Source of the DNA: Octopus sinensis
Taxonomy: Eukaryota
DNA: 64,000 nucleotides
Reading direction: 5' to 3'
NCBI RefSeq assembly: GCF_006345805.1
Contig: NC_043002.1
Coordinates: 6,200,001-6,264,000 of the forward strand
The notes under the pieces were generated by a model. The model did not search any database, was not told the origin of the DNA, and saw nothing but the letters and a program-made list of their open reading frames with translations. The position numbers were made by a program, and so were the translations under genes. Shown here one piece after another: positions 1 through 11,679 of the stretch (positions are counted from its first letter, which is position 1; every line of letters starts with the position of its first letter).

Positions 1-163
1 CTCGCGTCTGGATTCCTTACAGGATGGAGTGAGGGGGATGAAACGCAGACCCCTACCAAGGACGGAGCGTTCAGCCGCAGAGAGGGGAAAGCGTGGGGAA
101 TGGTAACAACAGACGGAAGTGGAGAAGGGGTGGGTGGAATAGAATAGGAGGGTATATATATAT

Positions 164-238
<75 letters not shown>

Positions 239-249
239 ATAATATATAT

Positions 250-428
250 ATAAAGTTAATCCAATCAAGAAAGCACAAAAAACACAATAACGCGAGGACG
301 TGGAACAAATATAGTATTTACTGGACGCTCAAGAAAGAAGGAGGGTTTAAACGTTCGAGCGGAGCTGTTTTCGGAACATAGAAGGAAAATCCAGAGAAGG
401 GAAGACAGAGGAAAAAATCGCCAACGGT
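250..428 (-). mobile_element. Repeat family X (about 180-240 bp, (TA)n-associated, probable PLE-derived non-autonomous element), copy 1
   Basis: aaagttaatccaa...cgcgaggacgtggaacaaat...aaatcgccaacggt recurs at 7596-7800 and 29319-29532, and as reverse complement at 34452-34640; the hammerhead-like motif is decayed in this copy. Confidence 0.7.
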
Positions 429-434
429 ATATAC

Positions 435-516
<82 letters not shown>

Positions 517-652
517 TAAATATTATTGCAATACAATAGTATTATTTAGATAGAAATAGTGAACTAACAAGGCACCAATGTTTGCTGGAAATAGCAGTCG
601 ACAACTGTACTATATAAAGCTATATAAAGCTTCACTGAATGTATACTGGCAA

Positions 653-1068
653 AGATGAGTGCGGGCAACGAATATAAAAAAAAAGTTTCGTCTTACGTCT
701 AGTAAGAACACTGTATAGATGGACAACCTAGAGTGGATAATCTAGTACTCGAATTTCGGATTTTATTAAATACGTCTTTATCGTAAATTCGGTTAGTCCT
801 CATCAGCTAGATCCACCGGAAATGAAATTTTGATACATTCGTTACATCAATGGCAGTATACTCAGCTGAACGCCTGGCCGTAAACAGAACCAAGATCAGT
901 GAAAATGTTTTATAGAAAAATTACAAATATTATTGCAATGCAATAGTATTCTTTTCCAGCTAAACAAAGCAACGTAAACGTAGAATTATAAATAGAAATA
1001 GGTTGTCCATCTATCCGGTGTTCTTACTAGAGGTAAGGCGAAAATGTTTTTATATTCGTTGCCCGCGC

Positions 1069-1074
<6 letters not shown>
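653..1074. repeat. Inverted-repeat element: about 77-bp arms (653-730 and 999-1074) around a 268-bp interior
   Basis: Reverse complement of 653-730 aligns to taggttgtccatctatccggtgttcttactagaggtaaggcgaaaatgtttttatattcgttgcccgcgcccatct with scattered substitutions. Confidence 0.85.
733..816 (-). ncRNA. Candidate type I hammerhead ribozyme
   Basis: Minus strand reads gtggatctag-CUGAUGA-gga(loop)ucc-GAAA-uucgag-UA/ctagattatccac; stem I 6-7 bp plus a 4-bp extension, G10.1-C11.1 closing pair, GUA cleavage triplet. Confidence 0.65.
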
Positions 1075-1105
<31 letters not shown>

Positions 1106-1126
1106 TCTCTCTCTCTCTCTCTCTCA

Positions 1127-1165
<39 letters not shown>

Positions 1166-2144
1166 CATTAGTATATATTCATTTAGAGATAGTAGGCCCT
1201 TTCATCTGACCATATAAAAGAATTTTAAATACTTACTACTTTATAATTTGGCTACACGTGTTTCTTGAGGTACATTTCCCGGTTCCTAAACCACTCCGTG
1301 TTTTGCTGGAGCCATTCTTAAAATTTAACCCCAATCATCAGGCCCTTATATCACTTTCTCATAGTTCAATACTATAAAAACTATATTTTAATTTTTTAAA
1401 CAAATAAGTATGTGTAAAATAGGTTCGTCGGACCCTACTGTACAAGCCATAATTTAATTCAAATAAAAAGTTACAACAATAAAATTTTAAAAATGTATAC
1501 ATATGTATACATACACACACATACACATACACACAGCTGTTGTTGCTTAAGCTTAGATCAGCTCTAATCAAGCAGAATTATTGAATAAAGGCATTCTAAC
1601 CCTGAAAATCCAATTGTTTTGGGTATTATTACTGGTACCCAATTATTTTATATGTCCTCCTTCGTTTTTATAAAAAATGTGAGGAGAGTTGTTTTATTTT
1701 ATGGAGACTCAGTTGCTTTTTCTAGCCGGCCATGCGACCACGTGGAGGCTTCCTCGTTAGCTTGATAGTTTTTTTCTTATTGAAGTTATTTTTGTTGATG
1801 TCATTATGGCTTATCTCTGGCTTTTTGTTTATATTGTAAAAACAATGTTTCGGTCGATATACATTCCAGTTGGTGCTAAAAGGTCTCAATCCTGGTGTGT
1901 ATATATTTATGAGCGCATACATATTTTCTTCTAAAATAAACTATGTATGAATGTATGTATGTTTGTATGTATATGTAATAAACATAAACACATGTACGCC
2001 TTTGCGCATATATATATATATATATATATATAGATATATATATATAATGTATGTATGTGTATGTATGTGTGTGTGTGTATATGTATGTATGTATGTATGT
2101 ATGTATATGTTATATATGTATTTATATGTATGTATAAATGTATA

Positions 2145-2179
<35 letters not shown>

Positions 2180-2507
2180 TATATATATATATATATTTAT
2201 ATATCTATATAATATATATATATATATATATATAATTGTAGGTCCTTATGAAAATATAAAGGGTTCAAGAGAACCGATGCTTAAAGACCTCGTATCTTGC
2301 ACATTGTTTATTTTATAAGCAAGCGTATGATGCCTATGGAAGAAAGAAAAAAAGAAGAAAAACGAAAACCAGTTGTTTGTCGACAAGGATGTCTGATCTT
2401 TGAAATGGTCGGAATCTAAGCTTGCTTTTACTTTATTACATTTGTTTTCTTCTGAAGATCGTTTTTCTTCACCTAATAATACATATATATATTTATTTAC
2501 TTTATAC

Positions 2508-2538
<31 letters not shown>

Positions 2539-2975
2539 ATATATTATATATACTTTATTTATTGTTTCCCCTGTTTATTTTTAGTCTTATTTTCTTTGTT
2601 GATTCTTCCTGTTCCTCCCCACCTTTTCCTTTCCGTTTTTTCTCTCTTTATCATTGGATGTTTTTTGTTTATACTTTTGCTTTCTTTTTTATTTATTTAT
2701 TCATCTATTTCTTTATTTCTCGCTTCTTTTTTTGTTTTGTTTTCTTTGCTATAATTTGCTCTCTTGCTTTCCTTTTTGTATTTTCTTTCGTTAGCTTTTC
2801 TTTTCTTGTTTGACCCCTAACATTTTCCGTTTTATTTTGTAGCAATGAAGTCTTTCTAATTTACAATATGTCCGATCGGTATGGCCGAAACGCCCTCAGA
2901 TTCTAAGTCCTCAATATTCGGGCTGAACCGAAGTTAAATATCAACGATATCAACAAAGGTTATAAGTGTCATATA

Positions 2976-3341
2976 GGGGCTAAACATAGAGGGGACAAAC
3001 AAGGACAGACAAAGGGATTAAGTCGATTACAACGAACCCAGTGCGAAACTGGTACTTGATTTATCGACCCCGAAAGGATGAAAGGCAAAGTCGACCTCGT
3101 CGGAATTTGAACTCAGAACGTAACGACAGACGAAATACCTATTTCTTTACTACCCACAAGGGGCTAAACATAGAGGGGACAAATAAGGACAGACAAAGGG
3201 ATTAAGTCGATTACAACGACCCCAGTGCGAAACTGGTACTTTATTTATCGACCCCGAAAGGATGAAAGGCAAAGTCGACCTCGGCGAAATTTGAACTCAG
3301 AACGTAACGACAGACGAAATACCGTAACGATAGACGAAACG
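2976..3341 (-). mobile_element. SINE-A dimer (two 184-bp units, 5'-truncated) with 20-bp TSD
   Basis: Unit period 184 (cgaaatacc at 3131 and 3315); flanks aaggttataagtgtcatata 2956-2975 and aaggttgtaagtatcatata 3342-3361 (18/20). Confidence 0.85.
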
Positions 3342-4084
3342 AAGGTTGTAAGTATCATATATATTTCTTTATTTAAATATAGGGAGATGTACTCGCATAG
3401 TAAGTGATTTGATCTGAGATCGTGTGCTGGAACGAAAACAAGCACGGATTTTTGTCAGTGAACAGGTCGCGGATTTTAGCGACGAAAATATGTTGACAAA
3501 TTAAACTTAAATGTTGAAGTGAATTGAACGGCTTTTGTGTGTTTCTTAAATGGCTTACAAACACCTTCCACGCTGCAATTATTTAAATATATATTTCTTT
3601 ATTATAAGTGTTCTATATACAGGTTCATAATAGCACGAGATTGTAGCGTGATTTTAGGTTTCCTTGTGAAAATTTCAAATTCTTTCTCTTCAGGAAATGA
3701 GACGCAATATTCTTTGTTTCTTTAAGATATTTTGTTTCGGAAGGCGTATGAAGTGGAATATTAGAACATCAGATAATTACAAAATAAACTGAGGATTCCA
3801 TTATTTTGTTCAGTAAATAAATAATTATTTAAGAAACCCTCTGCCTTCATAAGCTGACAAGAACAACCCTGGATGTGTTGAACAAAGGGACATCGGCCTC
3901 AATATGAGTCAGGTTTATCTACGCTCGAGTATTTTAATGGGATTATTCAGAACACAAGTAGTCAGCTTATGGAAAATACAAGAATACAAAGAAATTTTCT
4001 TCAAAGGGATAAACTTTAAGTTTATCTCTTTTGGAAGGTAAAAAGACTTCCATCGTAATAATAGGAATTTAATATGTTGAGGAA

Positions 4085-4155
4085 CTACACCACCACCACC
4101 ACCACCACCAGCTACTACTACTACTACTACAACAACAACAACAGCACCAACAAAA
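4085..4155. repeat. Compound trinucleotide microsatellite (CAC)n(TAC)n(AAC)n
   Basis: Direct reading. Confidence 0.9.
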
Positions 4156-5430
4156 ACTAAATAGCAAAAAACTCTCTCTTTCTATGCCTGTATACACATG
4201 TATGTGTGAATGTATCAATGTATATATTTGTGTATGTGTGTATACGTATCTGCCTAAATATGTGTATACTCACACACACACACGCCCACCCATACGCACA
4301 CACACATATTTCATTCTTTAAAAAACTAGTATATTATTAATAACATTATTGGAGTATGTCAGGTCGCAATAAAGGGACCACAAACTCCTTTTTTTTTTAA
4401 ATACTCAGTTAGAAATTAAAGAGACATTCAGGAAATATCTTTGTCATTAGGAGGAATAATGTACCAATGCTGCAGTTTGGAATCTTTCTGAATTCTTTCG
4501 TCAGAAATTCATTGAATCTTTGGAACTGTACATCTTTAAGAAAACTACGAAGAATCAGAAGAATTTGGTATGGAATAAAAAGAGAAAACCGCGAGTTTCC
4601 ACCATATATAAACTTTAAAATTCCTATGCAGACACTAATTGCCTTATTAGGATCACGAGAAATATCTAAAAAAGAAGGAAAAGAAGAAAAAAAACAAAAC
4701 ATAAATATCAACTGCCTTTCTATTTTTATCGCTCTGTTGGTTGTAGAAAATTTGATATAACGTTGACTATTGTTGGCATAATTTAAGCTGAAACATGAAA
4801 TTCCCGAGGTCTTCAATCTTGCCTCAGCCAACCCTATTTTAATTTAGTACAAACAATCTTCAGTATCAGCAATTGTAATGTCGCAGAGTGTAAGTTGTCG
4901 AACATCCAACTAAAATGCTCTGAAGGTATACGTAGATACATACGTACACACAAACACACACACACACACATACACACACACACACTACACATATAAACAT
5001 ATGTACATAAGTATGTGTGTATAGATATGTGTGTGTGTGTGTTTGTATATCTGTGTGTGTGCGTGCGTGTGTGTATGGACATCATGACACCGTCAACATC
5101 AGATGGGCAGGCATAGCGGACCGTTTAAAAATGCGTCTCTCTTCCTGAAGAGGAAGAATTTGAAATTGTCACAGGAAAATCTAAATCGCGCCACAATCTC
5201 GCGCTATCATGAACCTGTACATATGACACCTATAACCTTCCTCTACAATTATTCCGACTCCTCTAATCTAGCTAAACCGAAATAAACTGGTTTATTTCTT
5301 CTGATATAAATAGAGAAAAACCTTTTGCTTAGCGACTTAGCGTTCTTCAGATCGGATTACAAAAAACATCTCACACTACGTGGAATTTCGCTTTTGTGGT
5401 CATCGGTTATATTCATAACAACAACACTAA

Positions 5431-5667
5431 AAGCTATTTGTTTTCTACCCACAAGGGGCTAAACACAGAGGGGACAAACAAGGACGGACAAACGGATTAA
5501 GTCGATTACATAGACCCCAGTGCGTAACCGGTACTTAGTTTATCGACCCCGAAAGGATGAAAGGCAAAGTCGACCTCGTCGGAATTTGAACTCAGAACGT
5601 AACGGCAGACGAAATGCGGCTACGCATTTCGCCCGGCGTGCTAACGTTTCTGCCAGCTCGCCGCCTT
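5431..5667 (-). mobile_element. Full-length SINE-A monomer with 12-bp TSD
   Basis: Head aaggcggcgagctggcag on minus strand; TSD caacaacactaa at 5419-5430 and 5668-5679. Confidence 0.9.
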
Positions 5668-5919
5668 CAACAACACTAATACCGATACCAACAGAAACAG
5701 TTGTAGAACACCTCTAAGTTATTTTAGATAACGTAAGTACTCTCCTTACTTTGTGTGGTCTTTTCATTTAAATAAACATCTACTGCAGTGTTATGAAAAA
5801 GCTCCAGAGGACTGTTCTTTTGTCTATGTGAAGCACTGGGACGAAGCTCAACTGCACTTAAACGAATGTACTGTAAAACAGTTTCGGAAACAAGAGGAGG
5901 AAATCGTCAATAATCGATG

Positions 5920-6371
5920 TTGTTTAGCCCTGGAAAGGGCTCTTGCATCAGAATTGATGAGGTTTAGTATGGAAATAGTGATAGAGATTGTTAGAATAGA
6001 GGGCAAGCTAGTTAGTAACCTAGAAAAGGTGCTTAGAAAGAGCATTGCGACTGGCGTGCAGGCAGCAAGTTTGATACTTCAAGCGCTAAGCTTACGGGTT
6101 GCATTGTCAGACCAAGAACCCGCGAGGAAACAAGGCCATTCGATGAGCCTGAGTGGCAGAGGCCTAAAGTGGCAACAAAACCACAATTCTGTCTTTGAAG
6201 GACCAGGAGGAGCACGCGCTACTCAATTCCAAACAAATGCGTGCGGATGGTGGATTAGAGATAGACATGGACTTTATCTACAACCTCGATGGCCTGCCGT
6301 CGCTCACGGCTCGGAATGTGGAGTTCTGCTAAAAGCCGATAACAGCTAAGGAAATACAAGAAGCGATGACC
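5920..6371 (+). pseudogene. Degenerate Tx1/L1-clade non-LTR retrotransposon ORF2 fragment (region between endonuclease and RT)
   Basis: Across frameshifts and stops it reads EGKLVSNLEKVLRKSIATGVQAA, GCIVR, RVAEA*SGNKTTILSLKDQ and LDGLPSLTARNVEFC*KPITAKEIQEAM, resembling Tx1-type ORF2 as I recall it. Confidence 0.65.
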
Positions 6372-6973
6372 TACGAGCTGTAGTGTCATATCTTTGGAGT
6401 TTTCTATTGTAACTGACAGCAGAACGAGAGCATTCCTAGTGCTGCGGAAATAGGTGCAGTATTCTTTAAATAAGTTGCATATAGTTTCTGTCTATAGCAG
6501 AACTACTGGCCTTGTGCCAACATTTGAATTCAATGTTTTACAAGGCGTTTTTCCATTAATGGGACAAGAATTAAAGATATAATTTCATTGAAATGGAAAT
6601 TCAAAGGTGACAGTTTTCATAGATAGTCAGATATATAAATAGGCGGATAGATATACCTATATAGAGAAAACATATAGCTTCTGTCTGTGGAGATATTGAT
6701 CCGATATATTTTTCAAGGTGATTAGGCGGTGACCTAGAAGAATCGTTATCGTGGCGGACAAAATACTTCGCGACATTCTTTCTGGCTTCCCGATTTGAGT
6801 TCAAAGGATTAAAATTAATCAAAGGAAATACTAAGTATGTCTATCTCCTGGAAATAACAGTCAAAACGCTTGTTTAAATCAGCAAAATACATTGATAATA
6901 AATACAGAAATCAACCGTCCGAAGGCAAACGCGTTAAGACAATCTCTAATCATACATTCAAGTATTCGGACCT

Positions 6974-7025
6974 ACGTGGACCAGTTTCTGGACTGGCATT
7001 TATAACTTCACCCTCTTCAGCACGC
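6974..7025 (-). ncRNA. Candidate minimal type I hammerhead ribozyme with imperfect stem II
   Basis: Minus strand reads gcgtg-CUGAAGA-ggg...cca-GAAAC-ug-GUC/cacgt; 5-bp stem I and intact core, but a G.A mismatch at the base of stem II. Confidence 0.45.
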
Positions 7026-7126
7026 GTTACCATGATGGAGAGCCCCAACCGGTCACGTTGCAGTCTGCGTTGCAACTCATTCGTTTTGCGCTGAATCATG
7101 GAAACCGCTAGTGTGAAAATAATTTC

Positions 7127-7235
7127 AATACGGAGCAAATGATTCAGGAGAAAATATTACTTAGTATATCCTAGATAATAATAGAGTCAATGATATATTA
7201 GCAAATATTTTCTCCTGAATTAATTGCTCCGTATT
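7127..7235. repeat. Hairpin, 32-bp arms (30/32), 45-nt spacer
   Basis: aatacggagcaaatgattcaggagaaaatatt 7127-7158 versus aatattttctcctgaattaattgctccgtatt 7204-7235. Confidence 0.85.
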
Positions 7236-7239
7236 ATAT

Positions 7240-7470
7240 ATATATAATTAGAGAAAAAAACACCTTTTATCAATTCAAAATGAACAATTAAATTACAACA
7301 TCTAGAAAATTACATATAATATAAAAATTGAAATTAAAATAACAATTAAAATAAAATAACAATATTGTTATTTTAATTTAAATTGTTCTATTATATGTAA
7401 TTTTCTAGATGGTGTAATTTAATTGTTCATTTTGAATTGATAAAAGGTGGTCTTTTCTAATTTTTTATAT
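7240..7470. repeat. Spacer-less fold-back palindrome derived from AT-rich repeat family C
   Basis: 7261-7321 is the reverse complement of 7389-7449 (60/61); symmetry centre aacaat|attgtt at 7363/7364. Confidence 0.9.
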
Positions 7471-7564
7471 ATATATTATATTGTGTGAAATTTGATTTAG
7501 TATTTCTAAATTGAATTTTTTTCCTTGTAAGTTTGGATTTTATTCCCTCAAATAATAATTATTA

Positions 7565-7570
<6 letters not shown>
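7330..7570 (-). mobile_element. AT-rich repeat family C copy
   Basis: Reverse complement of 29140-29310 (gagggaat...ttacagggaaaaattcaatttagaaatactaaatcaaatttcac...accaccttttatcaattcaaaatgaacaatt); partial copy at 33510-33575. Confidence 0.75.
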
Positions 7571-7595
<25 letters not shown>

Positions 7596-7599
<4 letters not shown>

Positions 7600-7800
7600 T
7601 AATCCAAACAAGAAAACAAAAAGACAACAACGCGAGGATGTGGAACAAATAAAGTATTATTGGACGCTCAGGAAAGAAGGGAAGAAGGAGGGTTTGACGT
7701 TTCGAGCGGAGCTCTTCGTCGGAAACATAGGAGAAAGAAAGATCCCGAGGCGGGAGGACAGAGGGAAAAAAATTGCAGGTAGTTTTCACGAGGTCACATA
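7596..7800 (-). mobile_element. Repeat family X copy 2, with minimal hammerhead-like motif at 7692-7726
   Basis: Minus strand reads gttt-CCGACGA-a-gagc(tcc)gctc-GAAACGUC/aaac. Confidence 0.75.
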
Positions 7801-8415
7801 ATATATACATTGTTAGATGCTTTTGACTTAACAAACATGAAGGTGAAATACTCAAAACAGAACAATTATTCGTGTGTGTGTGTGTGTGTATTTCAAACAA
7901 AAAGCCAAAGCAAAATGTTACACTCACAGAACAACTTTAAAAAACTATAAAACACAATAAAACTGTTTTGGAATTCTTATGTTGTTTCGTTTTTGTGTTG
8001 TTTTTTCTTTCTCATGATTTCGTTTCCACTTTCTCTCGTCTGTTTTTCTTATCACATATGTTGTTAACATGTGAATGCCACTAGCATGGTAATGTCTTAC
8101 TACCAGCGACGTAATGATGTGGCGCAATGGGACAAATACACCTGACACAACAATATACTTCATGAGATTTTCGTTTTATTATAACGGCTACAAGCGAAAG
8201 GTCACACTTGTGAACAGGGATAATAGTGATAATTAAATAGGGATTACAAGTTACTTTATAAAATCGCATGTGTTTCGGCATCGGCTTCATGCAAAACGAA
8301 TGGCTTCTTAAATAGACGATTATTACTTATTTATGTATTGTAGCAATTTATTGCACTATTATATACATATACACACATACATACATACATATATATGTAT
8401 ATGTATATATATATG

Positions 8416-8446
<31 letters not shown>

Positions 8447-8509
8447 ATGTGTAAACATATATATCTGTGTATATATACGTATATGTATGTATGTATCAAT
8501 CTATCTATC

Positions 8510-8595
<86 letters not shown>

Positions 8596-8698
8596 ACATA
8601 TATATATGTATATATATATATAATACATGTATATATATATATGTATATATATATGTATATATATATGTATATATATATATGCATATATATATATGTAT

Positions 8699-8752
<54 letters not shown>

Positions 8753-8916
8753 ATATGTATGTATGTATGTATTGATAGAAATGGCAAGACAACAAAAGAA
8801 TGAAAGAGACCTCGATATTATATAAATAGAGGAATTTATCTGTAAATGTAATATGTGACAATTATTCGGTAGCCGTGAAAAAACATGAATATATATATAG
8901 ACACACACACACACAC

Positions 8917-9040
<124 letters not shown>

Positions 9041-9084
9041 GCTTATGTGTATGATTGTATGTGTTACTTTGTATTTATTTAATG

Positions 9085-9270
9085 TTTATCCCCCACAACT
9101 GCTTGTCAACTGGTGTTGCTTTGTTTTCGTCCTTGTAACTTCGTGGTTTGCCAAAAGAGACCGACAGAATAAGCATCAGGTTATCTACAGCTATCTTTTA
9201 GTTCGACTAAACCTCTGAAGGCGGTGTCCCAGCATGGCCCCCAGAGCAGTGAGTGAATCGAGTAAATGAT
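9085..9270 (+). mobile_element. SINE-B 3' fragment, diverged
   Basis: tgcttgtcaactggtgttgctttg...ccaaaagagaccgacagaataag...aggcggtgtcccagcatggcc matches the 3' half of 19811-20200. Confidence 0.65.
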
Positions 9271-9699
9271 GAAAGATATACACGTGTGTGAATGCATGTA
9301 TATATAGCGGGAACTCGTTAAACGTGCTGTTACGCTGGATATCGGAAAGAGCGGCTGAAATATGAGTTGCGAGGGTAATTGTCACCGCATATTTCTGTAT
9401 CATGATATGTGACCGTTTTTGGTTTCAAATCACATACAGTCTTAAAGATTATGTCAGGTTGAAGTAGCATATATCATGTATTCTTATTTTCATAATATTT
9501 ATGCCATATTGCTCACAGTGACATATTTCATATTGCTATACTTCAGTAAATAAGTACCTTTCAGCTTTGTAGTTTATAGAGTAGCTTTCAATGTATTATT
9601 ACCATCCAATTAAGAAATATGTGACCTAATCAGTGAGCCATAATCTAGAACTTATAAAAGTCAAGGACGAGTTTGTGGTTAGCTTTGTGCGTGCGAGCT

Positions 9700-10051
9700 G
9701 GCGAGCTGGCAGAAACATTAGCACTCCGGGCGAAATGCTTAGCGGTATTTCGTCTGCCGAGGTCGACTTTGCCTTTCATCCTTTCGGGGTCGATAAATTA
9801 AGTACCAGAAACGCACTGGGGTCGATATAATCGACTTAATCCGTTTGTCTGTCGTTGTTTGTCCCCTCTGTGTTTAGCCCCTTGTGGGTAGTAAAGAAAT
9901 AGGCATTTCGTCTGCCGTTACGTTCTGAGTTCAAATTCCGTCGAGGTCGACTTTGCCTTTCATCCTTTCGGGGTTGATGCAATCGACTTAATCCGTTTGT
10001 CTGTCCTTGTTTGTCCTCTCTGTGTTTAGCCCCTTGTGGGTAGTAAAGAAA
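9700..10051 (+). mobile_element. SINE-A dimer with internal deletions
   Basis: Head gcgagctggcag, then two units each ending ...tttagccccttgtgggtagtaaagaaat. Confidence 0.85.
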
Positions 10052-11209
10052 TATATACTTTTTGACGCATTCACGGTTAATGACGAGCTCACAGTATTTA
10101 AAAAATTCTATGTTGATGCAAATTCTGAATCATTACCTGTTGGCGCAAGAATATCTATAAGAGATGCAAAAGACACAACGAATGAAGAAGCAGTGACGAA
10201 GTGATTTAGAATAAGGATATTTACTGACAATCTTGTGACAAAAACGTCCGTTGTAAAGAAACTGAAAATGATACTACCAAACTCTCTAGAGTCTTTCTTC
10301 TTCTACTTTAGAAGGACGCCATTAATTTCTTACTAATTTAGCTAATTTCCTTTCAACAATATCTTCCTCAACTTCCTCCGTTCTTGTATAGCCATACTAC
10401 ACTCGGTTACTAGTTCCATTAAAATCATTGTTTTGTTATTTCTCAGTCTATCTAGTCGCATTTTTGTTTTAATCTGCATTACTTTGTCTCACCAATGGTT
10501 TGAGAAGTGATTGGTAAACTATTAAAATTCAAAGTAATCAGTAAATATGGAAATTAGTTAAGATTTTCTGACATATATTATCTCCTATGCAGAGGCCATA
10601 GAAGATTCGCCTTACAATAAAGAATTTCTTTCAAATATAGCGTATATTTGTTATATTCGTGTTTGCTGTCAACGTCTGACAGCAAACATAAATTTGAATG
10701 TTTATATACGTGTGCATAAATACATATACGTGCATACACACACACGTGTGTTGTGTGTGTGTACGTGTGTTGTGGGCCGTGTTTATGTGTATGTGTATGT
10801 GTGCGTGTGCCTGTGTGTGTTAGAAACAAGCTAGATTTTAGACCTCATTCCAGACATTTTCATATATCAACATTTCCTTCAGCATGAACCGAAATCCTTG
10901 TTGTTATCTGTAGCCTGTAAAACTGAAATGTTAATAAGATGGATATTTGGAAAAATTTATTAGAGTTACTATGAATCCCATAAATCCGAGTCTTTGTACG
11001 CACACACACACTCACACACACTCACACACAGACACACTCTCACATGCACACGCACGCGCTCACAGAGACAAAGGAAGAGAAACAGATGCAATGCAAAATC
11101 TCAAATCCACATAGAAAGCAGTATACTTTGAGGCGTTCACTCTTTACCTATACGTATTAGTATAGTTCATAACGAAAGCTCACACTAGATTTCCATCTGG
11201 GAGCCTTTT

Positions 11210-11248
11210 AAGATTGCCGTCTGAGGTTGAAACTCAGACGGCAATCTT
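11210..11248. repeat. Perfect 16-bp hairpin with 7-nt loop
   Basis: aagattgccgtctgag-gttgaaa-ctcagacggcaatctt. Confidence 0.9.
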
Positions 11249-11679
11249 GGTTTTTACGTGATCTTTGATAGTTTACAAATTTTTCGTGTTTGAAGTAAAA
11301 AGTCACTTGATCAATATGAAACTATCATAACACAAAATATCAAACTGCTACTGGCAAAGCTACGTATTTTGGTCAATGAAATTGCGTAGCATCAGGCAAA
11401 GGATGAAAATGGAAGAGTCAATAGGGGAGTGACTTGATATAACAGCCAATTCTCCTTCAAGTGAAATCTCATAGCCAAGGATGAAAAATCTTTAATCCCC
11501 AAACGGTGTGAAAGGTTTGCCTGTATGCGTGCTAAACAGGCAGAAACATCGTTTTTCTTTTCGCCTTAAGTACAAGAACTATGAAAATTTATAATCGAAA
11601 AGTGCCATAAGACACTCACTTTCCTTTGTATTCGGTGTGAACAGTAGAAACATCACTTTCTTCTGTGCTATCAAGAATG

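Noticed and set aside
680-730. Hammerhead in the inverted-repeat arms (cttac-taga-gtaag-ac-GAAAC)
   Set aside because: No CUGANGA upstream and no stem I
4409-4831. Overlapping ORFs on both strands, and the peptide WNLSEFFRQKFIESLELYIFKK
   Set aside because: No recognisable homology, poor acceptor, AT-rich chance ORF likely
5753-6349. 198-aa ORF as a host gene
   Set aside because: Its middle is a Tx1-like ORF2 remnant that continues in other frames
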